Source: Octopus bimaculoides (taxonomy: Eukaryota). From it: DNA of 63,526 nucleotides. The notes under the pieces were generated by a model. That model was not told the origin of the DNA. It made no database searches and was given only the letters and a program-made list of their open reading frames with translations. The number at the start of each line of letters is the position of its first letter. The first letter of the stretch is position 1. The stretch spans positions 143,806,786 through 143,870,311 of the forward strand of contig NC_068982.1 in assembly GCF_001194135.2 (NCBI RefSeq), read 5' to 3'. A program made the translations under genes and the position numbers. Positions 1 through 11,449 of the stretch are shown piece after piece.

Positions 1-329
1 ATATATGAGTGGATGGGCAGAGTCAGTCCCTCTGCACATCCCAATCTAATTAGTTGACGATTCAATACGTTTCTAACATTTGCAATTTTCGAGTAGCGTG
101 CAGTCCTGAAAAGTAGAGTAATTCGTTGTTTGTAGCGCAATCTGATAGCCATTAGTGAAGGGCAGTAGATTAGCAGAATTGTTATTACTATTAGTAATAT
201 GCATTATAATATTTGTTCAGGGTATTTGCCATTAGAGTTCGCCTACGACGTCAGTGGTACCAAAAACCATCAACCAGCCCCTATCATCGAATAAACCCCA
301 ACGCTTGTAACACACAAAAAATTCTTTAG

Positions 330-412
330 TAGATTCGTTTGACTAACATTCTTCAAGGCGATGCCCCAGCATGGCCATTGTCTAATGACTGAAAACAAGA
401 AAAAGATAAAAA
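330..412 (+). mobile_element. SINE family B, 3' end fragment
   Basis: gactaacattcttcaaggcgatgccccagcatggccattgtctaatgactgaaaacaagaaaaagataaaa matches the 3' ends of the copies at 16040-16100 and 30340-30410. Confidence 0.8.
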
Positions 413-859
413 ATTTTATAAATCACAGCATCAGTGGAGTGGAAAGGGAAAATTTGCTACATGGAAAACTATTGGTTGTCCACTGAAAATTCAACGTTGC
501 CCAGGTCTGCTCCCTGAAGAGAAGGGAAATTACTATGTACAGAAACATTGTCAATCCGGACAGATGTAGGTATTAGATTTAGTTATGACCTTTTACTTTC
601 TGAATTCATATTCTGCCAAGGTCAACGTGTTAGTATTGCCTTTCATTCCTCTGGAATTAATATATCGACTAGAGAATAAATTCAATCGACTCTGTCACTC
701 TCCGATAAATTATGGTGAAGTGCCAATGTGAGAAATCCTTTGCTTTTCATTCTTGTGTGATCGATAATGTATGTACATGTAATACACTGGACGCGATTCA
801 ATCGATAGATTTACAGCCTTGTACCAATGTAAAAAAAAACTGTCATTATTATTATTATT

Positions 860-963
860 ATATTTTAGGGGTCAATAAATTAAGTAGCAGTGAAACACTG
901 GGGTCGATGTAATCGACTTAATCCCCTCCCCCAAGCTGCCCTTGTGGCAACAATTTGAAATCC

Positions 964-1012
<49 letters not shown>

Positions 1013-1023
1013 CATTATTATTA
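860..1023 (+). mobile_element. SINE family A 3' half with (TTA)n tail
   Basis: ggggtcaataaattaagtagcagtgaaacactggggtcgatgtaatcgacttaatcccc...aatttgaaa followed by (TTA)n at 963-1023. Confidence 0.8.
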
Positions 1024-1190
1024 TAAGGCGGTGAGCTGGGTGAAATGCTTAACGGTATTTCGTGTCTTCACATTCTGAGTTAAAATTCCGCCGAGGTCGA
1101 CTTTGCCTTTCATCCTTTCGGGGTCGATGAATTAAGTACTAGTGATGTAATCGACTAGTCTCCTCCCCCAAAATTTCAGGCCTGTAGTAG
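1024..1190 (+). mobile_element. SINE family A (tRNA-derived)
   Basis: Head aaggcggtgagctgg, B-box-like gagttaaaattcc, core gaggtcgactttgcctttcatcctttcggggtcgat shared with many copies in the window. Confidence 0.85.
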
Positions 1191-1199
1191 TTATTCTGG

Positions 1200-1430
1200 A
1201 GGTGCTTGGCCTAGTGGTTAGGTGTTGGTCTCATGATCGTGGCTTCGATTCCTGGACCGGGTGACGCATCGTGTTCACTTTGCTCCAGTCCACTCAGCTG
1301 GCAAAAATAAGTAACCCTGCAACAGACTGGCGTCCCATCCAGGTGGGGTATATATACGCCATGGAAACCGGGAAATCGGCCGTAGTAGTTTATATGACTC
1401 GGGAAGGATCTTTATCTTATCTCATTATAG
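1200..1430 (+). mobile_element. tRNA-derived SINE, family C head with alternative 3' body
   Basis: A box tggcctagtgg, B box gcttcgattcc, middle ttgctccagtccactcagctggcaaaaataagta shared with 4400-4725, then accctgcaacagactggcgtcccatccagg. Confidence 0.75.
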
Positions 1431-1435
1431 TTATG

Positions 1436-1655
1436 AAGGCGGCGAGCTGGTAGAATCATGTGGGCGTCGGAAAAAATTGCTCAGCGACATCTCTTCCGGC
1501 TCTTTGCGTTCTGTTACATTCTGAGTTCAAATTCTACCGAGGCCAACTTTACCTTTTGGGACCGATAAAATAAATAGCAGTTCATCACTGGGGTCAGTGT
1601 AATTGACTAGCATTCTCCACACAAAACTGCTGCCCCTTGTGCCTAATTTTGAAAT
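1436..1655 (+). mobile_element. SINE family A
   Basis: aaggcggcgagctggtagaatc head; ttctgagttcaaattctaccgagg; cttgtgcctaattttgaaattatt tail. Confidence 0.85.
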
Positions 1656-2979
1656 TATTACAATTATAAGGTTCGACAAATATTTTGCAGAATTAGTGAC
1701 ACCCGTTCACGTTCTCAGTTTAAATTCCGTAGGGATCAACTTTACCCATAATCCTTCGAGTGTTGATAGAATAATTCCATCCATCAATACATCTCCTCCA
1801 TATAGTCCTATCAGAAGCAACTATCATTATACTTTCCAGCTGATTCTCTAGCGCGACTAACTCAGATTATGGTTGTTATCCGATCATCTCGCTCTTGGCC
1901 TACCCCTAGATCTGCTGCTGGTTGGCTCGGTTTCAAGAATCCGTCTTGTGATTCTATCCTGCGACATCTTAATCACAAGTCCGTAGTATCGGAGCTGAGA
2001 ACTCTCAATGCAGAGAAGTAGCAGCTCAACCGAGAGACTCCTTGATCTCCGAGCTACGCACCCTGTCGAGTAACGTAACTCCAGGGAAACTTTGGAGGAA
2101 CCTCAGAATAAGTACGATGTAAATATTTGCATCGCTTGTCACCTCCTTCAAACCGAGCCGTTTTCTGCTAGTTGAAAAATGTAATTCTTATCATCAGAGA
2201 AGTGGATAGTTGACTGATAGGACACTGCGATACTTAACTATTTTAATTATCTGACTTCGAATTCCCTCAAGTTCGATCATCTCTTTCATCATTCGAATGT
2301 CGTTAAAATATATGCCATTGAAGTACTTGGTCAATTTTACAGGCCCCTTTCTTTAAAAGGATAATCGCTTCAGCTTATACCTGAGTACCTTACAGGTTTA
2401 ACCGACCGACTATAAGTTTCTTAGTTTTACAATAAGGGCTTAGTTCTGTCAAATCACAGTCACATATAATGTCGGCGATTCGAAAGACAGACAAAAATCC
2501 AAAAAGAGACTAATACTTTATTTATCGATCATGCAAAAATAAAATATAAAGCTGACCGCTGTAAGATTTGGACTCAAAGCACAGAATCTAGGAACAAACA
2601 CTGCAATTCGTTGTGAAACGTTTTAACGAATTCGCTCATTTGCTTACTTGTCTTAAGTGGGTTGGGATACAATGTAGTAAGAGTAATGAGAGAGTTGAAA
2701 ATCATTGCTTGAGCTGTCGTGTGACCGATGGTTTGATCTTTGGATTCATTTACACTACGTTCCTTTTGACTCTTAACTTTCCCAATACAATCGTTTAACT
2801 GGAATTAGAACCTTTAGAGTGAGGAAAGCATTTTACACTTTATGTTTATATGGAAAATGTATCTCGTGTGAGAGATGTCAGTCTCCTTAACAAACAAATA
2901 GGAAACAGAAATATGCTCATGAAGCTATTTTCTTACCGAAACACAAACACTCGCAAACAACTATACGTACGCACATTCA

Positions 2980-3305
2980 CACATGCGCCCACACACACAC
3001 ACACACACACACATACATACACAGGAAAATGTGTCACTACGCCTGCGCAGTGCTTATGGTTATTGTGTAACGTGTATTTACTTGACTAATACGTTTATAC
3101 ACGCGCACATACATTTGAGATTTCCCCCACCCATTCCGTTTTATTTCCTTCTCATAGACAGTGTTGTCATAGCTTTAATTAATTTTTAATTATTTATTGA
3201 TCATATTCAGTGAAAAATACTTCGTTTTTAGATGAGGTGAGATGTCTATAGTGGAGCACATGTGCACGCACGCACACACACACATACACACATACACACA
3301 CACAC

Positions 3306-3348
<43 letters not shown>

Positions 3349-3520
3349 TACATACACACAACCACGTGCGTGTGTGAGAGAGAGAGAGTACACATGTTCT
3401 ATGGGTGAATATATTTATATACTCCAATAAATTCAGGTCTGATAAGATATAAGATAAGAAAGCTAAGTATGGTTGGATCTATATCTCTATCGCACACAAA
3501 CGCACGCACAGGTACACATA

Positions 3521-3576
<56 letters not shown>

Positions 3577-3660
3577 AATATCAATAGGTGTGCGTGTATT
3601 TGTATATAAGTATATGTGTGAGTAAGTATACATATATATATACACACGTATGTATGTGTG
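2980..3660. repeat. Compound microsatellite cluster (CA)n/(TA)n/(TG)n
   Basis: Direct reading, e.g. (TA)n about 3307-3345 and (TG)n about 3523-3572. Confidence 0.95.
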
Positions 3661-4126
3661 TAAATATATAATTACACATGTTTTGTGTTTTCTGTGCGTA
3701 TATTTATGTTTTGTGTGGCTGTGTCTGTGTGTATATATATGTAAGGGTATGTATATATATATATAACTTTACGCAGTGGACTAGAGGAAAAAATGCGTCT
3801 GTGTGTGCCGAGGGAAGATGTTTCGTTGTATGAAAACATGATTATAGAGAGAGGGTGGTAAGAACATTAGCAAGACTGCCAGGTGGGTATTAGAATGTTA
3901 TCACTTACCCTGTAGTTCCGGTTGAATGTTCTCTTAGTCTTTACTTACACATGCGCACGTACATAGATATCCTCGCAATCATATGAGAATAATAACCTTA
4001 GATATATAGTCAAAACCAAGTACGCATATACGAATGAACAAAAGCATATTGGTGTTTTTATGGTTGAAGATAGTTACACAAAAGCTTTAGAAGACAAACA
4101 TAGGATGAAGGGACTTCGCCAGTATA

Positions 4127-4327
4127 CCAGGGGGTGCTGAAAAGTTTCTAGCTTTGAGTAAAAGAAAATACAGGAGGAACAGTTAATTATGATTTTATTG
4201 AACATATTTCCCTCTCAGATTCACACACCTATTGCAGCGGCCCTTCGGTTTTTCTAAGCCCTGTTAAAGAACTCAGAAGTTTGGGCCTCCTAACCTTTAA
4301 AGCCAGGAACTTTTCAGCGCCCCGTCG
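4127..4327. mobile_element. Tc1/mariner-type MITE (201 bp)
   Basis: 29-bp TIRs, ccagggggtgctgaaaagtttctagcttt versus reverse complement cgacggggcgctgaaaagttcctggcttt (24/29), flanked by TA at 4125-4126 and 4328-4329. Confidence 0.85.
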
Positions 4328-4397
4328 TAGGCAAGCTAAAGCAAGAATAACGATAAAAAATACAATTAGCGTAGGATACGCATTCATACACTCACTG

Positions 4398-4585
4398 CAA
4401 AGCGCGTAGCTTAGTCGTTAGGGTATCCGGCTTACGATCGTAACGTCATAAGTTCGATTCACTGCTCTGCGTTGTTTCCTTGCGCAAGACACTTTATTTC
4501 ACGTTGCTCCAGTTCATTCAACCTCAAAAAATGAGTAGTACTTGTATTTTAAAGGGCCAGCCTGGTCACATTCTGTGTAACGCTG

Positions 4586-4625
<40 letters not shown>

Positions 4626-4727
4626 AACTATGTTAATGGTAACGTGTCTGTGGAGTGCTCACGAGTAGGTTGTTCCGTTGATCAGATCAACTGGAACGCT
4701 CGTCGTCGTAACCGACAGAGTGCTAGT
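4398..4727 (+). mobile_element. SINE family C with internal (CT)n expansion
   Basis: tRNA-like head (tagcttagtcg...gttcgattc); body ctgagaactatgttaatggtaacgtgtctgtggagtgctc...gatcaactggaacgctcgtcgtcgtaaccgac; antisense copy at 26640-26830. Confidence 0.85.
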
Positions 4728-4750
4728 GCTACGCGCGCGCGCGCGCACAC

Positions 4751-4809
<59 letters not shown>

Positions 4810-4811
<2 letters not shown>

Positions 4812-4975
4812 GGGCCGACCCTAGGGTTGTTGGCGCCCCGGCCAAGCTGAACTTCGGCGTGTACAAGCTGAAGGTCGTAGAAATTTTCTTGTCTTTGTCA
4901 CGCTCTCCTTTGCGCCCCCTAGCACATGGCACTCCGGGCAACTGCCCAAGTTGCTGGTACCTTGAGCCGGACCTG
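4810..4975. mobile_element. hAT-type MITE (166 bp) inserted in a CA microsatellite
   Basis: TIR cagggccgaccctagg versus reverse complement caggtccggctcaagg (12/16); flanked on both sides by cacacacata. Confidence 0.75.
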
Positions 4976-5482
4976 CACACACATACACAACACATACACG
5001 CACATGTGCAACCCTTTAATGGTTGACCTCGAGCGAAACCTTGAAGTTCGTTGTGATAGTTACACGGAGAGCAAAGGGAGAAAAGTGAGTTACACTGTGG
5101 ATCATAAAACCCAGAGATTTTAAAATTGCATGAATAGTTATGGCATCGCTGACAGGAGCGATACCATCAGAAGCTGAAGTAATCGTACTCATCCCCAGTC
5201 GATGACCAGTGAGGGGAACATCCCACAATGTAAGTTGTGTGTAAAATACAAGTTACTCGGTTTGCCCAGCTAGTCAGGTTGAATAAGCCGTAGGGCGAAA
5301 CTTGACTCTCAGTATTAAGTCAAACGCGTGTGCGCATGTGTTAGATGTGCTTAAAACTCATCGATACAAGTTCTAACCGTTCTGACTGAGTGTCCAGAAA
5401 ATATGTTAAAAGTTAATAATTTCCACACGACCCACATTTAAACTCAATTTCCATAAATTTACTTGGTTCATAGTATTTCCTA

Positions 5483-5771
5483 CATGAGGGTGCTAGATAA
5501 TTCCCCAACAACAATTTAATGTAAATCTCTCATGACTAGATGAACCCAAATGTTTTTATATTATGCATCCCTGCTTAGAAATAGAATTTTTTTCATTGAA
5601 TTTCTCGAGGGAAAGGAACCGTGCTCCCGGCTTTCATAGGACCTCCGAGAGTAGTGTGATCGGCGCACTTAATGTTTCTCTTAAACAATTGGAGATCAAC
5701 AAAAGAAGGAATAAATTCCATGCGGCCGATACTGCTGAAAAAGAACTGGAACTGATAAAAAGCGCCTTCGT
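5483..5771. mobile_element. Degenerate mariner-type MITE
   Basis: Left end atgagggtgctagataattcc and right end ggaactgataaaaagcgccttcgt resemble the TIRs of the 4127-4327 element. Confidence 0.4.
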
Positions 5772-8574
5772 CAGTTGGTCTGCTCGTATATCTTATAGGT
5801 AGATATATGTGTATGTATCTGTGTTTGTCTGTGAAGCATTTATTACGGACCACTTATCTAAAATCATAGTCTGTATACCTGCATCATTATCAATTTATCA
5901 CAATGGCTACTTTTGAACTTGGAATTCTTGATTCAGTTTTCTTTTGTTTCGAAAGAACTAACAATTTTTTAAAATATGGGAGCTCATCATCCCCCCACCA
6001 CACACACTTTTTTAAAATCCTACTCTCTAACAATCCATAAACTAATTAGTCAGCTTTCTTTGGCATCTCGGCTAGCAATCCATGAGATTTCGCAGGATTG
6101 TCATAAGATGCGTGTAAATTTATGTGTAAAGTGTAACGATTGAGCTCAAAACACTTACTGCTCTTGTCTACTGTAGAAATGGGAATAACTTTCTGTTGCT
6201 TCAGATATATTGTTCACAGCTTGTGAAACGCAGAGTTGCAGATAACATTTAAAATTGACATGTTAATCTACTGCAAGTGACAATCTGCCACCAATTTACG
6301 ATGAGCTATGCATATATACGCTTATATATTGCTTGGTTTACCAATTTCTATTTATTTTGTTTTAGCGATGTTGTGAAGCACCCGTTGTCACTATTGTTAC
6401 AGCCATCATCAAAACAGCCGTCTCCATGAAACTCATCTACTTCTTATACGTCTTAGAGTTGACATCGATTTCTTTATCTTTTTTTAACACTAAATCTTGT
6501 TTAAGGTTACCTATAGTGTCATAAATACTTGGAATAAGAAAGTGAATCTGTAGATTTTAGAAAAACGAGGTGAACTAACATTAAAACTAATGACAAAAGA
6601 CTATTTATATTAATATAATGCGGAATTAAAGAAATTTCGAATGTGCTTGTGTGTGTATGTACGCGTAGGTATGAGTGAGTATGTGTGTCTAAACATAGGG
6701 ATGGAAGTTTGTGTGTGTGTGTGTTTGAATCGTGTACGGGTGTTTAAAAACAGATTAATTAAAATAATACTCTATTTTCTTAATCTTTAACCCGTTTCTT
6801 TACTCAAGTACATTAACAAATTAATTTGCTTGTGTGTGTGTATTTGTGTATGAGAGAGAGGGTGAAAGGAAACAAGTTTAACGCGAGAAAGAGGGTAATA
6901 ATCGCACACTCACACACAAGTACCTATCCACAATCATTCGCATTGACACCGAATTATACGAAACGGAATTCCAGTTCTCAGCCCCACTTGTCATAAGCAG
7001 TTGATCTTATAAGGTATAACAATCTTTCACTCCAGCTTTTCGCCAAATAGTCGAACAGTCCCCAATTTAACCGAATAAATAGATAAATGTGTGGCTAATA
7101 AGGGAGAAAATAGGAAAGAAATTGAAATAGAATTTTTTTAAAGAAAAACGAATACTATTAAGTAACTTTTCCCCTCTGTCTTTTTTCCGCGCCTTTTATT
7201 CTCTCTACTTATTACTCCTTTCCCTCTCTCACTTAAATGTTACACCCAAGGGTTCTTCCTCACTTTCCGAATTTATTTGTATGCATCTACTAACTATACT
7301 GTTTCATCACAACTAGAAACATACTGATAAACGAATTATTGGAATATACGTTATTTTATTAATGCTAATGATATTAGATCAGACAGTAGCAAATAATTTG
7401 CAGTTGTGGCTAAGAAGAGAACACTAATCTTTTATTCATTCCAGGATAAAACCAGTTCAGTTCACTTATTTCTGTGACTTATGCATGTGGAGAAGAAAAG
7501 TACGTTACAATCGAACAGAGATAGAAAACCAAATGTGATAAAGAAGTCGCTTCCCTAGAATAACTTCAACCATAAAACTGAAGCTAACTGAAAGCATTTT
7601 TTCGGTCTGTTAACGTCATCTATCATAATTCACGTCAAAAACTTAGGAAATGAATCAGAAAAATTGCTCCTTTCTACTTTCTATCCTATTTTTATTGTAG
7701 GCACAAGGCCTGAAACTTTTGTGTAGAGAGATAATCGATTACATTGAGAACTGGGGTCAACGAAATCAACTGTACCTATTGTTGAATTAAATAATTAGAA
7801 TAAGAAGTGTAGTAGAAAAGATTATCCCGTGTGATCCATTCTTCTGATTCACTTCCTAAGTTAGATGAACAGTGGAAATGTTAAAAAGAATAGCAATAAA
7901 TATAACTTCTCCTCAGAATATATGTACTGATAATGCTTTCTTAAGTAGCTTTTTCTGGTTAGTAATGAGCACCTACTTTTCCTGTATTGCTTAGTTTGAG
8001 GTGAGAGAGCAGCATCTATGATTTTTTTTTTTTTAATTGGCTTCCAAGATTGGAGAAAGAAAGGAAGAAAAACACAACGATTCGTATATTGTCCTTGAAC
8101 CAGGAACAGCGCTCGAATGCTGTAACAGAGTTGACTGCGAAAGACAGCCTAAGTGTAGACTGACCGTTAATGGAAACATTGATAAGAGAACAGAAGTCAG
8201 AGCTGAGAATAAAATGAGAAAACGGATTGATATAATGGAAATAAAGCAGGTTGCTGTGGGACGGTTTTGTTTGAATAGCAGAAAAGTCTCGCTTAAATTG
8301 ACTAAAATATGTTTTGTGACCTCCCACCACCTAAAAATCATTATTATACAAGATAGCAATGTAGCAGGGACGCACTAGATTAAAAGCTTTACAGTAAGGG
8401 TGGGGAGCCTATTTTGTATATCGCACAATTTACAAATGCAGGAGGACATGTTGGGACGCATCTGTGCCGGGAAAAATAAGGAAACTTTAATATTGGTTTC
8501 AAACTTTGGCACAGGCCAGTCATTTCGTGGGAGGGTGTACGTCGATTAGATCAACCCCAGCTAATAGAAGATTC

Positions 8575-8766
8575 TCAGTGCGTTTCGTCTGTTAGAATTA
8601 GCCGCGAAATCTCCCTTAAATTTAATCGAAGAAAAAAAAATGGAAGGACACAGTATCCAATGGTCTTAGATACACTGTATCTGACAAAAAAGCCGGGATG
8701 TCCACGGATGGAACATTTTTTATCATAGGTTTGCTGGATCAGAGCTGATCTGAAGCTAAACAACAG
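8575..8766 (+). mobile_element. Dispersed retroposon 3' module (family D)
   Basis: aaatctcccttaaa...tagatacact...ggatgtccacggatggaac...atcataggtttgctggatcagagctgatctgaagctaaacaac. Similar sequence at about 17560, 20600, 33170, 44060, 46080 (+) and 14260, 15300, 32850, 41330, 63150 (-). Confidence 0.7.
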
Positions 8767-9081
8767 CGTATTTTATATTTCTTAAGACACATTAACTTGT
8801 TTTGTTAAGGCAAAAAACGGCTGTGTTTTATTGCGAGGAAGAAAACAGGACGTTAAGATGTTCATACCCTTCTCAGAGTAGCTGATGGTGTAAGCAAAGC
8901 GAAAAGGCTTGAATCAGCATCACAACATTCTCTAAGAAATATCATACCAAAATAGTAGCTGTAATCTAATAAAATATCTTTCAGTGAGAAAAATAAGAAA
9001 ATACGAACTTCACAACCTCCATATTTCGGGTGTGTCAACTGAAAGTTTTGGCAATTCTCTTTCCATTCTTTCTCTCGTTAC

Positions 9082-9083
<2 letters not shown>

Positions 9084-9167
<84 letters not shown>
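9084..9167. repeat. (CT)n microsatellite
   Basis: Direct reading. Confidence 0.98.
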
Positions 9168-9171
<4 letters not shown>

Positions 9172-10188
9172 TTCCCCATTTGCTGAAACCTGTTGATATA
9201 TGGCTTGCTTCAAGCACGAGGTTCTATTTTCTGATACGATGTAACTTCATATGAATTTTTTTCTATCTTGTTTATCTTTCGAAAAGACACAATAGTACTG
9301 ATCAGATCAGTTTGGGCGTAATTTATTTGGTTTCCGTTTCTGGTATCTTCATCTACCAAGTAGGTCATTAGCTCCAACATATATTTACCATCTTGAAACA
9401 ATGAATTTGTAAGTAGCGATGATGTAGATAAAAATTCAAAATAGGAAGTTTTGTCTCATATGTTCGAGAACTGAGACGCCAAACATCTCATTCTGATGTT
9501 AATATATACTAAACAACAACAACAAAAATTATAACTTTTAGTAAAAACACCAAGCAGAGACATCTTTTAGTTGCTAGATTAAATTCGACACAGTTTATCT
9601 CTGTCTATATTTTGAAGACTTCTAGCACACTAAGCCATTACTAGACGTCTTAACACTTCCAGGGACATTTTTTAAACTAATTTTTCTTTTTCGTACAGTT
9701 CTAACACATAAGTAAGCAAATTCTACTAAAAGTGTGTAACGAATTGTAAGAGCTTGCATTAAAAGAAAAAGACTTCAATAAAGAAACAAAGGTTATTGTT
9801 ATTTCACGTTGTTATAATCAGTATGAGATATTTGAGTAGATGTTTACATGATAATTCTATATCGGTTAAATACATTGACAAAAAAGAAAGAAAATAAGGT
9901 AGTTCTTTTTAAAAATTTTCTAAAATTTCATTAAATCCCAATGGACTGCCATGCCTAACATAAAGAATTTCGTGTAAATATATATCTTATATTTATATAT
10001 TATCGGAGACGAAGCGAATTTTCAAAAACTAGGTTAGGGAAGTCAGCAATATATGTACATATAGAAGCATATACAGCTAATATTTTGAGTTTGTTTCTTT
10101 CGCAGTAGCCTTATTTACTTGATAATGAAAACAAAATACAGCGATAGCATATGTTAATTGAAATTTACAGGTTGCCATATTTGATGAA

Positions 10189-10223
<35 letters not shown>

Positions 10224-10815
10224 ATCGACAAATTTCTGGGTGGCCATTACTGGTTGTTGTAAGATGTTCTCCTATTTGATAAAATTTCTATTATATAAAC
10301 ATTTCACCATAGAGACACCATTTGCATCGTAGACAAAATATAGCACCCATACAAGAAAACAAGTTGTATCTGTCAAAGTTATTTTCGGGTTTAAGTCGTG
10401 AACTAGAATTACTCATAGACGTGTTATTTGACCTAGAATTCTTAAGGCGTTTATTTAAGGATTACTGTAATAATTAATCAATTACTTGATTAATTAATTT
10501 ATGCTTGTATTAATTTTAAGAATGGGAAAAACTTCAGACGAACAACGTAGTGTATATCTTACTCTTCCCAGAATTGAAGAGTCAACTGTAAAATGGGATG
10601 TAAATAGTGACGGAGTTAAGAAATTAATTATGAGAAAATCAAATATAATCACTTAGGTTAAATACTATATCACATAGCATATAAAAAAATTTTTATTTCT
10701 TCTTCATATTGAGAATAATCTCGTGTATACACACGCACACAGACAAACACACACACACACACACAGAGGGAAGAGATCTTACATTTGAGATGTTGAATGA
10801 GAGTTCAAAGATGGA

Positions 10816-10854
<39 letters not shown>

Positions 10855-10855
10855 T

Positions 10856-10886
<31 letters not shown>

Positions 10887-11383
10887 NNNNNNNNNNNNNN
10901 NNNNNNNNNNNNNNNNNNNNNNNNNNNNNNNNNNNNNNNNNNNNNNNNNNNNNNNNNNNNNNNNNNNNNNNNNNNNNNNNNNNNNNNNNNNNNNNNNNNN
11001 NNNNNNNNNNNNNNNNNNNNNNNNNNNNNNNNNNNNNNNNNNNNNNNNNNNNNNNNNNNNNNNNNNNNNNNNNNNNNNNNNNNNNNNNNNNNNNNNNNNN
11101 NNNNNNNNNNNNNNNNNNNNNNNNNNNNNNNNNNNNNNNNNNNNNNNNNNNNNNNNNNNNNNNNNNNNNNNNNNNNNNNNNNNNNNNNNNNNNNNNNNNN
11201 NNNNNNNNNNNNNNNNNNNNNNNNNNNNNNNNNNNNNNNNNNNNNNNNNNNNNNNNNNNNNNNNNNNNNNNNNNNNNNNNNNNNNNNNNNNNNNNNNNNN
11301 NNNNNNNNNNNNNNNNNNNNNNNNNNNNNNNNNNNNNNNNNNNNNNNNNNNNNNNNNNNNNNNNNNNNNNNNNNNNNNNNNNN
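10887..11383. other. Assembly gap. Other gaps: 23912-24165, 25246-25924, 28869-29763, 32282-32475, 36198-36322, 40043-40889, 54676-54685, 58760-58958
   Basis: N runs, several flanked by microsatellites or young repeats. Confidence 0.99.
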
Positions 11384-11444
<61 letters not shown>

Positions 11445-11449
11445 TCAGA

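Noticed and set aside
2850-3647. ORFs rich in HT, CV, YI, SL or RE dipeptides throughout the window
   Set aside because: Translations of dinucleotide microsatellites.
5020-5123. WW-domain-like LEVRCDS..GRKVSYTVDHKTQ on the plus strand
   Set aside because: Both signature tryptophans are missing and the spacing is wrong.
9210-9410. Protein-like minus ORF FQDGKYMLELMTYLVDED and a plus-strand GTAAGT donor
   Set aside because: Conflicting strands, no recognisable family, and no phase-compatible neighbour.
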